Shown piece by piece: positions 1 through 11,384 of a stretch of 18,290 bases of DNA (position 1 is the stretch's first letter; the number at the start of each line of letters is the position of its first letter). Below the pieces are notes generated by a model that was not told the DNA's origin, did no database searches, and saw only the letters and a list, made by a program, of their open reading frames with translations. Location of the stretch: assembly GCF_006345805.1 (NCBI RefSeq), contig NW_021824533.1:1-18290 (forward strand). The letters run 5' to 3'. A program made the translations under genes and the position numbers. Source of the stretch: Octopus sinensis (Eukaryota).

Positions 1-432
1 CGTTCTCCGAAAGTTTGTCCGCGGATGCACACATGTAAATATGGTTGATCAGACTTAATGACAGGAGACATGGTCTCTGTAGCATCTGCAGTAGGACTAT
101 CAATTTCAAAGTGAATTATCCAACATATAAGGATCTGATGAAAATAAAACCTATCTACTGCTTTTAGACTTCTACTTAATTCTATGTGGATGATGTCGTA
201 TATTTCTGGCTTACAAGTATTTCGTTGCAATAATTTGGAATGACTTGTGACAGCTATGACTTCCCGTTTTAACCTGTTATCCAATAAGCAGTTGAACGGC
301 TGGAGAAACAAGTCATCACTACAAGCAGTGGAATCGACCGATGCGTAAAAACAACATATAAAATCTAGGAACTTGATGAAAATAGAGAATTCCCTGGTGA
401 TCGCATTGTTTTGGTGTGTAACTTTCAATATT
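1..432 (-). pseudogene. Stop-free frame running off the left edge; copy A of a decayed, possibly BACK-like module
   Basis: Manual translation gives about 144 open codons (ILKVTHQNNAITREF...FHQILICWIIHFE...VCIRGQTFGER). Short colinear DNA matches to 499-729 occur at offsets of 468-482 bp. Confidence 0.3.
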
Positions 433-539
433 TAATCTTCCCACGCAATCTCTCAGTATATGCTTAAATGCTAAAAACCGAAAAGCATTTAAGATTGGAC
501 ATGTGAGTTTCGATATTTCGTTCAGATTAGTATAGGTGC

Positions 540-760
540 TCTTCACTGTATAAATCTATTTAAATCTAATTTTAAAGCCGTTTAGCATTGCTGGAAGATA
601 TCCAGCATTTAATCAGTTGTGTGTGGATTTAGAAGGATATATCATCCATTAAGTACTCAGAAACCGAAATTTCATTCAACATTCAATTCCCTCTTAGTGA
701 GAATAAGCTGAGAAGTTGTGACACATGACAGGTTATGCCTTTTACTCATATGCTCCACTG
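540..760 (-). pseudogene. Decayed module copy B, resembling a BACK C-terminus
   Basis: Reads LNEISVSEYLMDDISF*IHTQLIKCWISSSNAKRL. DNA blocks tgaaatttc, gagtactta and tgatatatc each match the 17253-17288 blocks at 8/9. Confidence 0.35.
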
Positions 761-1027
761 GATTCATTCTTACATCACTCCAAGATACAGTCTTACCAAA
801 CATGTAGGTGATCTTTCACCTACGAAACTGTAGACATCCATCTCTGAATACTCTATTTATTCAAGTATTTATTTAAACAAGTAACATAAAGAACGGAAGT
901 TTGAATTGATTATAAGCTACACTGATATAACAACAAATAAGCGCAATGAAAACATGGGCGAAACTCATTAAATATGTACATATATGTGGGATTGTATGTT
1001 TGTGCATGTTGGAAGCATATATGCAAG

Positions 1028-1087
1028 TCTATACGTATGTATGTATGTATGTATGTATGTTTGTATGTACGTATGTATGTATGTATG

Positions 1088-1116
<29 letters not shown>
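1028..1116. repeat. (TATG)n microsatellite
   Basis: Direct tetranucleotide array; explains the ORFs at 910-1162. Confidence 0.95.
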
Positions 1117-1118
<2 letters not shown>

Positions 1119-1658
1119 TCATGGATAACATGAATGAGCTTTTAGAGTTTCTGCAGAGATAATAATTTTGGGGTTTGGCATATCTTATGTTGCGTTTACA
1201 TGACTTCTTTTGTATTTCTTTTACATTTCCAATGAAGTCATATTTCTGTCAGATATCGTTTTCCTCAAAACGACATTTAAAACAATACCAAGAATTGAAA
1301 TTCGTGTATCAACACGCTAAATGTCTCTGAGAGCATTCATTGAAATGTAAATTGATAACGATTTTTAACTTCAGTCAAATACAAGAATATCCCTGGGAAG
1401 TAACAGTTATTTCCAATCCATCCTAGTAATTTATAATTAATGATGATGATGATGATGATTATGATGAGGTGGCGGCGGTGGACAAGAAAAAGGAGGGTAA
1501 ATTAATCCTTAAACGTAACATCGAAAATGGTGCAAAGTAACAGTAAAACACCCAGTAAAGAAATACTCAAAACTTGTTCTTATCTTCAATAACCTCTAGC
1601 TGGCCTTATGCTCATTGAAAGACATAAGCATAACCATTGTGGTTATTATTATTATTGT

Positions 1659-2040
1659 GGAGGCGCAATGGCCCAGTTGTTAGGGCAGCGGACTCGCGGT
1701 CATAGGATCGCGGTTTCGATTCCCAGACCGGGCGTTGTGAGTGTATATTGAGCGAAAACACCTAAAAGCTCCACGAGGCTCCGGCAGGGGATGGTGGTGA
1801 TCCCTGCTGTACTCTTTCACCACAATTTTCTCTCACTCTTACTTCCTGTTTCTGTTGTACCTGTATTTCAAGGGCCGGCCTTGTCACTCTCTGTGTCCAC
1901 GCTGAATATCCCCGAGAACTACGTTAAGGTACACGTGTCTGTGGAGTGCTCAGCCACTTACACGTTAATTTCACGAGCAGGCTGTTCCGTTGATTCGGAT
2001 TAACCGGAACCCTCATCGTCGTAACCGAAGGAGTGCTTCC
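1659..2040 (+). mobile_element. tRNA-derived SINE with a tRNA-Arg-like head
   Basis: A-box-like TGGCCCAGTTGTT at 1669-1681 and B-box-like GGTTTCGATTCCC at 1712-1724, then a ~300-bp body. Flanked by (TTA)n on both sides. Confidence 0.85.
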
Positions 2041-2078
2041 TTATTATTATTATTATTATTATTATATTATTATTATTA

Positions 2079-2115
<37 letters not shown>

Positions 2116-2180
2116 CAATCCCCAAAGTTATTACTATGAATATTATTATTAATACCATATTCATTATTATTCTTATTAAT
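2041..2180. repeat. (TTA)n microsatellite / SINE tail
   Basis: Direct trinucleotide array. Confidence 0.9.
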
Positions 2181-2339
2181 ATCAATGTTATTGCCTTTCA
2201 AATATAGTTGGAGACGTTACAGTTATCAATAGTGATTTCAAACTTATACTAATCGTTTTTATTCGGTCGGCCATTTAAAATGGCGCATATTGAAATGGCA
2301 GGGAGGCGAAGTGCATGCAGAATTTTTTATGAATATTTT

Positions 2340-2620
2340 GATAAAACTGTCTGAATCTGATTGTTGTTCTGGCTTGAATCTTTCCCCTCTTACTGTTTTT
2401 CATATTATTCCCTATAAGCTTAAAACATGATTCTTTTACTAGAAGAATATTCGGGAAAATATTTTTCCTAGTTTCTTTTATATTTTCTAGTATCTCATGA
2501 CATAGTGAATAGAAGTGTTTGTCAACGGTGTAAACAAGACTGGAATTAGTTATAAAACCGTATAAATAGTGAATGAATGGGCGATGATGTGAGCTATATT
2601 TCATTTTATTATATCTACTA
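2340..2620 (-). pseudogene. Decayed module copy C (BACK C-terminus plus linker-like)
   Basis: Inside ORF 2275-2769: KHFYSLCHEILENIK...NILLVKESCFKLI...IQARTTIR. The sequence atactagaaaatataaaag (2475-2493, -) resembles atactaaagatataagg (17228-17244, +). Confidence 0.4.
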
Positions 2621-2677
2621 TCTTTTTTTTTTTTTTGGAAAAGCAATATTGAACCTGCAGACAAATTTCGAAAAGAA

Positions 2678-3053
2678 ATAACAACAACAACGACAACAAC
2701 AACAACACAACACAATAATACTATAATATAATAATAATAATAATATAATAATAATAATAACAATAACAATCTAATAATAATAATATAATAATAATAATAA
2801 TTCTAATAATAATGATAATATTACATATAAAAAACAGGACGGTCCGAAAATATGAAATGAACTACTACAAGCAAATGAGAAAATGCCCAAAGAAATGTTG
2901 GACAGATACATAATACATTTAGGAAAAAATAAATGATAGAGTTACAGTTGTTTAGGTCCCCAATCTAATTGCATACACACATATATCCATACATAGATAC
3001 ATGCATATACATATATTCATCTGGGCTTTATTATATTTATTATATATATATAT

Positions 3054-3088
<35 letters not shown>

Positions 3089-3435
3089 ATATATATATAT
3101 TTACACACACAGACACACCGCACACATATATATGTACGATAGTGGAATTCTTGTGTATCGATATAAGAAATTGTATAACTAAAAAGAATAAGACACAAAA
3201 TGATATAAAGATATATATATATAATATATATATATATATATCGACAAGCAAGAAAATCAGCAAACACAGTTAGAAGCCATATTGTGTCAAATCGCCCAAC
3301 AAGATGTGGTGGACGTAATAGTATTACTACTAATAATAATGATAGTAATAATAGTAATAGTAATAATAATAATTTATAATAATAATAATAATAATTATAA
3401 TAATAAATATAGTAATAATACTAGCAATAATAATG
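2678..3435. repeat. Cluster of (ACA)n, (TAA)n and (TA)n microsatellites with short unique spacers
   Basis: Arrays at about 2678-2820, 3035-3240 and 3320-3435. Confidence 0.9.
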
Positions 3436-3812
3436 ACAAAAGCATTCAGAGAGCGCAAACCCTCCGCCAATGTAACACCAACGTCCTCTCAACGATTAAC
3501 CACAGATGATTTTTAAAATGAGAATATCTGAAATAACTCGCCTGCTCTCGCAAACGAGAATACTAAAAATGAACCCGACCGCTCTCAAAAATTAATTTGA
3601 AACAAAGCAGGAAAAATTATCCAGAATCCTTGTCCGGTACCGGATCTATCTGAAAATCTAATCAATTCGTGCCAGTCACATGCCCAAACATCCCCGAAAA
3701 TTTCATCCGTATCCACTCAACGGTTCCTGAGATATCTTGTCTACGATCAGATAAAGACATAAACAAACATCACTAAAATTAATACCTACGCCTTCGCTAT
3801 GGCAGAGGTAAT
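3436..3812 (+). mobile_element. Helentron/DINE-1-like non-autonomous element (HINE-like), apparently complete
   Basis: Begins ACAAAAGCATTCAGAGAGCGCAAA, with sub-terminal CCTCCGCC at 3461-3468. Ends in an imperfect hairpin TACCT-AC-GCC-TTCGCTAT-GGC-AG-AGGTA at 3783-3810. A homologous inverted copy lies at 4598-4770. Confidence 0.7.
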
Positions 3813-3845
3813 AATAATAATAACGACGACGATGATACTACTCAT

Positions 3846-3864
3846 AATTCTTCTTCTTCTTCTT

Positions 3865-3895
<31 letters not shown>

Positions 3896-3901
3896 TTATT
3901 A

Positions 3902-3967
<66 letters not shown>
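3846..3967. repeat. Compound (CTT)n(TTA)n microsatellite
   Basis: Direct arrays; explains the poly-L ORF 3799-4197. Confidence 0.95.
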
Positions 3968-3968
<1 letters not shown>

Positions 3969-4509
3969 GAGAGAGAGCAGTTCATGCCATCAAAGTGACA
4001 CTGGGGTAAAATATACGAAGCCCAATATACCCATCATGACTACCCGTCTGATAAGGATACACCATGCACATGCATCACAACCATATGTGCGCGACATGGT
4101 GATCTCATATCAAGATAAACAGCACATGACCTGCAGGTGGGGCCCAGTTATAATTTTCTTCAGGTTGAGTAGCCCATCCCGCTCAAAAGGTTCCTGAATA
4201 AGGGGTTTAAGAGGATGTGAAAGAACCACCCATGTTTCCAGAGGTGAACTATTCAAACCCCAAAGAATCCCTCTCAACACATGGCTATGATGCTCCCCCA
4301 CTACTTCTGCTCGTGATCAGAGATGCCATATCGTCAGCCACTAAGGGACATGCTCAACTGGTTAAGGTCAAACAACTGACAAGCAAATCTGTGGTATTGA
4401 GCAGAATATTTGCTGTAGCCCATCTTTTATACCAAGACAAAACAATGTACATGATAACACTACCAATCAGTTAAGATCAGAAGCCATGAGAGCCACTGCC
4501 TGGTACTGC
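3968..4509. mobile_element. ~540-bp unclassified interspersed-repeat-like island inserted in a (TAT)n tract
   Basis: More GC-balanced block with sharp edges against TTA/TAT arrays on both sides. It starts with TG, has TATAAAA on the minus strand at 4425-4431, and has no credible ORF. Confidence 0.5.

Positions 4510-4599
<90 letters not shown>
4510..4599. repeat. (TAT)n microsatellite
   Basis: Direct array; explains the poly-N and poly-Y ORFs. Confidence 0.95.
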
Positions 4600-4770
4600 C
4601 CTCCCGCCTTACTGAAGACGGACGTATTGTTTCAGTCATGTTTATTTGTCTGTGGACAAGATATCTTGAGAACCGTTGGATGGATCCGGATGACGTTTTC
4701 AGGAATATTTCACTTTGTGACTGGCACAGTCTCATTAGAATTTGGGTTCGATCCGGTACTGGACAAGGAT
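4598..4770 (-). mobile_element. 5'-truncated inverted copy of the HINE-like element
   Basis: Its reverse complement aligns to about 3627-3810 (ATCCTTGTCC.GTACCGGATC, GTGCCAGTCACA, CAACGGTTC, GATATCTTGTC). Hairpin remnant at 4599-4626. Confidence 0.75.
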
Positions 4771-5155
4771 GCTCGTTTATTCGTTTACTTGTTTTAGTTA
4801 TTTGACTGTGGCCATGCTGGAGCACTACTGTTAGTCGTGCAAATCGAGCCCAGGACTTATTCTTTGTAAGCATAGTACTTATTCTATCGAACTGCTAAGT
4901 TACGTGTACGTAAACACACCGGCATTGGTTGTCAAGCGATGATGGGGGCACAAACAGAGACACACAAATATACACATACACACACACATACATATACATA
5001 CAACGGGCTTTCTTTCAGTTTCCGTCTACCAAATCCACTCACAAGGCTTTGGTCGGCTCGAGTCTGTTGTAGAAGACACTTGCTCAAGGTGCCACATGGT
5101 GGGACTGAACCCGGAACCATGTAGTTGGTAAGCAACTTACTTACCACACAACCAC
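4771..5155 (-). mobile_element. tRNA-derived SINE with CORE-like centre and internal (TG)n
   Basis: On the minus strand: A-box-like TGGTTGTGTGGT, B-box-like GGTTCAGTCCC (5101-5111) and CORE-like CCTTGAGCAAGTGTCTT (5073-5089). A homologous copy lies at 17405-17680. Confidence 0.85.
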
Positions 5156-5409
5156 TCTTTGGATAATTTTTCACACTACTTCTCCTTCACTATATTAGTA
5201 ATTCATCTCCTTTCCCTTCACCTTTCACTCATTATATATATATATGGATTATTTTCCCATTTGAGTGTGGTCAGGTTCATTTTTAGTATTCTCGTTTGTC
5301 AGAGCACTCCAGTTTATTTCAGATATTCCCATTTTAAAAACCATTTTCCGGCTTATCGTTGAGAAGACGTTGGTGTTGTCTTGGCAGTGGCTTGCGCTCT
5401 CTGGGTGCT

Positions 5410-5422
5410 CTTGCTATTATTA

Positions 5423-5463
<41 letters not shown>

Positions 5464-5590
5464 TATTATTATTATTAATATTATTATTATTATTAGATGA
5501 AGAAGAAGGATCGAAGAAGTCGAAGAAGAAGAATCGAAGAAGAAGTCGTAGAAGAATAATAATAGAAGAAGAAGAAGAAGAAGAAGAAGA
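5410..5590. repeat. Compound (TTA)n(GAA)n microsatellite
   Basis: Direct arrays. Confidence 0.95.
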
Positions 5591-6465
5591 ATTTAATCTC
5601 ATGTTTCTTTCTGCTTTATAACAGGCGTAACGTGTGACATTTTACCTTCAGGATATACAGTCTAAGATTTGTATTTAAATCGACTTAATACGATTGTCTC
5701 CGAAAGGAACGGTGAGAGAATTATTCGTGCACACACGCATACATACACGTCTGTACAACAAAATTTATCTTCATATATATGCGTTTTGTGTGTATTTATA
5801 TACGTATATATATACACATGTATATACATATGAGTATACATAGACACACATACACACATATTTTGTCAGATTAATTTAGAGGAAAATATTGATAACTATA
5901 TTCATATCTGGGAAAACGGTAAGGAGAAAATGTTAAGAAAAGAAATGTTTGATGTAGGCACAAGACCACAATAGACAAAATAGTAATGCGATAGTCTATG
6001 TTATCGACCCCGAAGAGATAAAGCTGAAGTCAGCGGGTTTTGATCTCAGCATATATCGAGACGTAAATATCCCCCTTTAGGTCTAAATAGCACCCAAAAC
6101 ATTCCTATTTTTTCCTGTTTTGTATCAATTACTTGATCGTTCATTTAGAATTCTGTATTCGTACGTATATCTAAAGGCTGTCTATGGAGGTATGATCCAA
6201 TCACTACGTAGATTCTTGCTTGAGGTCTTCCTTTGAGGCAAACATACTATTACATGATACGTCGAAATTTAAGATTGTATACATGCATACATACGTACAC
6301 ACATATGCACACTGACGCACAAACAAACAAAAAAGAAGGCAGCTCTGATAACGGATAGAGTCAAAGACTGTCGAAGAGTTCGTAAGAAGCAACGAAAATA
6401 ATTAAGCACATGGGTGGAAATCAAACCTATGAGTTTGCTAAATAAGGCATTAAAGAGAATGACTC

Positions 6466-6481
6466 CTATATATGTATATAT

Positions 6482-6514
<33 letters not shown>

Positions 6515-6588
6515 ATAATATATAATATATATATGTATATATATATATATAATATATATATGTATATGTATATATATAATATATATAT

Positions 6589-6651
<63 letters not shown>

Positions 6652-6827
6652 GTGTGTATATATATATATATATGTATATGTGATTATATATATGTATATA
6701 TATATATATACATATATATATAATTATATAATACATATATGTATATATATGTATATATATATACATTATATATATATCATATACATATATATATATATAT
6801 ATACATATAGTATATATGTATATACAT

Positions 6828-6861
<34 letters not shown>

Positions 6862-6870
6862 ATATATGTA
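6466..6870. repeat. Long interrupted (TA)n tract
   Basis: Direct array; explains the YI-rich ORFs. Confidence 0.95.
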
Positions 6871-6950
6871 TGCATGTATCGAAACGTTTGTAGTGATTAA
6901 AACTCTGCGTACCCGTACTTACTCTTCCTTTTGACTCTTTTACTTTTACT

Positions 6951-7016
<66 letters not shown>

Positions 7017-7570
7017 TATATGCATGCGCACGTGCGTGTGTCTATACACTATTAAAGACAATGGTATATATTCACGCATGTCGCATTCAAACCTACTGAC
7101 ATCAACTTTGTCGTTCCTCTCTGTCGGAAAGATAAGATACAGAACCACATTACTACTCGTATCAAGAAAATGCTCTATTTGATCTCTACGCAAAATCATG
7201 GCCTCACGCCCGTATTAAACAACTATTATCTCGTAATTTCTTATCATTTAGTAGAGTACATGTCAATTCTTTGAAGAAATAGTTGACAGTTAAATCCAAA
7301 ATTCGATTCACAAGTGACCATGCCTTCTCTGACATGAAGAAAGTTGAAAGTAAAACGTTTTCTGTCATATGCATCCGATCATTAGGGATTTGCCATCATT
7401 CTTGACCACGTATTGCAAAGGTTTGTAGACTAAATTAACAGTGGTTTTGTAATTCAAGATTTGATATCGACCCAGGCATGAAATTCTGTCTAACTGTTAT
7501 GTTAGAACAACACAGATTGTGAAGCGCAAAGTGTTTCGCGCGCAAGCACGTACACATACAGACGCACACA

Positions 7571-7611
<41 letters not shown>

Positions 7612-7643
7612 CACACACCCCACACACATATATATATATGTAT

Positions 7644-8030
7644 CGTGAAATATGGACTCTGAAAAAATTATTATTTGAAGAGCTAATTGGTTGCCAAACA
7701 AAAATGCTACCAAAGGGTCTAAATGTGAAATAACAGCTACATATAACAAATGATTAGCTTTATGGAGACTAACCAAAAGTGAACGAGGCAATCAAGCAAG
7801 GGCGGTTGCGACTGTCTGGTTACAACTTGTGCGACCCTGAGCTGTGAACTTCGCAATTAGACTTATGGAACCAACATCATGGCGTTGTACGAAAAAGAAA
7901 TTGTCGTCACACATCAACAACCTGATTGCAGACACTAGCTTTTAATGTATCCAGGACCTCGAAGCAGTGATAAGAAATGGACCGAGAAATAGAGCGGGGA
8001 GACTTTACTGATGCGGCCCGGGTTGGAATC
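7644..8030 (+). mobile_element. Degraded 3' coding end of an RTE-clade LINE
   Basis: Translates as WTLKKLLFEELIGCQTKMLPKGLNVK*QLHITND*LYGD*PKVNEAIKQGRLRLSGY...LWNQHHG, then after frameshifts HINNLIADT and MDRE. This follows the RTE C-terminal pattern MLR.ALN...H.TN..LYG.LPK....I..RRLRL.GH...LW.P.HG. Confidence 0.75.
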
Positions 8031-8580
8031 CGGTCAAAATGATAAATCATTCTATGACGTAAAATGCTTTCGACCAATGAGATGACGTGATTTTCAGTCG
8101 TAGTGTATGTAAAAATTCATTACGTAATATAATCTGCTATATCTGTATGTCGTACTTCGTTTAAATCGGCTGGTATTTCTAGCGAATGACAAACACCCCC
8201 CATCTAAGATATGCCAATCTAGACAGAATACACTTGGTTTGATATATACATATTTTTGATGAAACATCTTCAATAAACAAAGTTGCTTTCTAATCGATAT
8301 TTCAGTCTCAACAACCGATAATCTATCAATCAAAGAAGCGGACAAATTCTCCAGATATGAAGATCTGGAGAGAGAGAAGACACGCTAAGAAAACATCAGA
8401 GAAAAATAAAAAAACAGAAAAACAAAGATAACCGAAAAGGAAAATTCCACCATAACAGTGCAATAGAGGTGTAGTGTAACAGATTCAATTCCACGGTCAC
8501 CAAATACAGGAACCACCAAAAGACTACAGACATTGAGAGCGACAGGAGAGGCTATAAGTAGATGCTGGGGAAGCAGCAGC

Positions 8581-8921
8581 CGTTGTGGCAGTAGTAGTAG
8601 TAGTAGTAGTAGTAAGATTAATGATCATTGTAGTAGTAGCAATAGTAATGGTAGTAGTAGATGTAGCAGTAGTATGGGTAACAGTAGTAGTAGTAGTAGT
8701 ATCAGCAGCAGCAGCAGTAGAAGTGAAGGTAGTAGTAGTAGTAGTAGTGGCAGTAGGAGTAGTAATAGCAGTAACAGCAGCGGAAGTAGTCGTAGTAGTA
8801 GTAATAAAACTAATGATCATTGTAGCAGCAGTGGTAGTAAGGATAGTAGTAGGTGATATTGAAGGTGGTAGTGGGAGTAGTAGGTGTAACGGAAGTGGTA
8901 TCAGCAGTAGTGGTAGTAGTG

Positions 8922-8952
<31 letters not shown>

Positions 8953-9000
8953 CAGTATTAGTAGTAATAGCGGCAGTAGTAGTCGTAGCAGTTTCATGCG
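8581..9000. repeat. Degenerate (AGT)n/(AGC)n low-complexity tract
   Basis: Produces poly-S, poly-V, poly-T and poly-L ORFs on both strands. Confidence 0.9.
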
Positions 9001-9352
9001 ATGCAGTAGATGAATACTGAACAACAACAAGAATAATCGCGAGAACAAGAGAAATCAGAACATAGCAGGCTCACGGGCCATATTTTCTGGGACTGTTTTA
9101 TGTGCGTTGATTTCTCGATTTCGTTTTTCTTTTTGTTTTTTTTTTTTCTTCTGCAGAATAATATAATTGATGGCATGAAACCCAGTACGTGACAGATAGA
9201 TATTATTATATCGACTTCGAAATTTATGAACACCGGGCGTATACATGGCTGGAGTATCAGAATTCAATATATACGTACATATATATATATGTGTGTGCGT
9301 GTGTGTGTGTGTGTTGTGTGTGTGTGTGTGTGTGTGCGTTCGCGTGTGTGTG

Positions 9353-9387
<35 letters not shown>

Positions 9388-9470
9388 ATGTGTGTTCTAC
9401 TACAGAGTCCGGCTGACGAAATCATTGTGAATAGTTTTGGCAGATGGGAACTGAGATATACTCATCGCAG

Positions 9471-9564
<94 letters not shown>

Positions 9565-9569
9565 CTATC

Positions 9570-10362
9570 TACAGTGTGCAATGGGTAAATTGTCGTAATT
9601 TTATATGAATTATTTCGCGCATGAGCACAGTATTTTTAAAATTTTGTTGACTTCACACTATAGTAAAGACAGTTGGGCACCGTCTGTAAGAAAAATACCA
9701 CCATAAAGCAATCCACTCTGCCAGAAACTTGGAAACAATATGCCGTACTGCTTGGCATTCGCACCGGAAGTTCCAATACGATAATTTCAGAGTATTTGGT
9801 TGTTAGTCTGAGGACATGTACGGAGAGGAAAAAAATCAAACATCCAGTCAATATCATGGTGTTTGGAGTGATCACTAGTGACAGCGAAGTTATGCTTCCA
9901 CACGGCTTCAGACCAAACACGAAGGCCTCCATCAAGTGCATTCAGGAGGTAGTGCTACCCTGCGTCTAGAGGGTGGATGCTGGAAGACTGAATGTGTGGC
10001 AACAGAACTCACCACCAAACATCTGGCCACTTCAATACTCAGACTGCAACACCCTCGATTATTATGTGTGGGACCCAGTTGAACGAGAGACCAACAAACC
10101 TTGTAACACCAAATATGAACAGAGGGCAATGATTATGGCAGCATTCACCAACTTAAACAAGGAGACTGTCCAGAAGATCTGCAGGACATTCCGAAGTTAT
10201 CTGGAGACCGTGGTTGAATCCTCTGGCAATTTTATTGAATAAGTATACTCTATAGTATTTCAAGGTATTTTTATATAAGTTTGGTAATCTATTAAAATGT
10301 AATATCAGTGTTATTTTCATTTCTGCGTAATTTAGATGGCAGTTTATTCATCGAAACCTGAA
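9570..10362 (+). mobile_element. Internally deleted Tc1/mariner element (DD..D type, maT/DD37D-like)
   Basis: ORFs 9673-9969 and 9973-10242 share a frame across one TAG: KHPVNIMVFGVITSD, WQQNSPP, WPLQYSDCNTLDYYVW, CRTFRSYLETVVESSGNFIE*. Degenerate TIRs CAGTGTGCAATGGGTAAATTGTCGT (9572-9596) and 10336-10360 match about 16/25. There is a TA at 9570-9571. Confidence 0.85.
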
Positions 10363-10390
10363 TATGTATGTATGTATGCATATGTGCGCG

Positions 10391-10568
10391 CGTTTGTGTG
10401 TGTATGTGTGTGTATGTGTGTGTGTGTATGAGTGTCTTTGTGGCTGTCTTTCCTTCCCACCTCCACTGACAATCGGTGTTTGGCGTGTTTACGTGCTCCT
10501 AACTTGGCGTAACTTCGGCAAAGAGTCCAATATAACAAGCACCAGGTGCAAATACAACACACACAAAC

Positions 10569-10601
<33 letters not shown>

Positions 10602-10617
10602 ATATATATATATATAT

Positions 10618-10657
<40 letters not shown>

Positions 10658-11179
10658 AACATATATACATATATATATATATATTTATAGATATATATAT
10701 ACATATATATATATATTTTATACATATGTATACATATATATACATAATTATACACACACACACACACACATATATATACATATATATGTATATATATATA
10801 CACACATATATATATAATGTATACATATATATACATATATATATATGTATACATATATATACATATATATATGTATACATATATATACATATTACATATA
10901 TATATATATACATATGTATATATCTATATACATATATATATAATATTATACATATATATATATTTATAGATATATAACATATATATATATATGTGTGTAT
11001 ATATACATATATATGTATATATATATGTGTGTGTGTGTGTGTGTAATTATGTATATATATGTATACATATGTATAAATATATATATATATGTATATATAA
11101 TATCTATAAATATATATATATATGTATATATATGTATACATATATATATATGTATATATATGTATATATTATATATATG

Positions 11180-11212
<33 letters not shown>

Positions 11213-11384
11213 TGTGTGTGTATTTGCACCTGGTGCTTGTTATATTGGACTCTTTTGCCGAAGTTACGCCAAGTTAGGAGCACGTAAACACGCCAACACC
11301 GATTGTCAGTGGAGGTGGGAAGGAAAGACAGCCACAAAGACACTCATACACACACACACATACACACACATACACACACAAACG
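10391..11384. repeat. ~1-kb near-perfect inverted repeat (arms of about 420 bp, AT-rich spacer of about 170 bp)
   Basis: 10431-10555 equals the reverse complement of 11220-11344 except for two 1-bp homopolymer indels. The internal microsatellite pattern is mirrored too (TAATTA near 10745 and 11044). Confidence 0.95.

Noticed and set aside
1-40. GQTFGE as a cyclic-nucleotide-binding motif
   Set aside because: Six residues at the window edge with no supporting upstream beta-roll pattern; the region fits the repeated module better.
1659-1735. Possible tRNA gene
   Set aside because: The stems are imperfect and the sequence continues into a ~300-bp repeat body, so it is a SINE head.
5997-7170. 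Short fragments at about 5997-6060 (+) and 7080-7170 (-) resembling another SINE family
   Set aside because: Too short and diverged to call without a consensus; the resemblance rests on memory.
8524-9048. Mucin-like or transmembrane protein from the T-rich and V-rich ORFs
   Set aside because: Several frames are open because of the AGT/AGC repeat, and there is no unique domain.
9123-9190. Strong polypyrimidine tract plus CTGCAG acceptor (9151-9156)
   Set aside because: All three downstream frames close within 12 codons. Only a 28-nt micro-exon is possible, with no partner exon identifiable.
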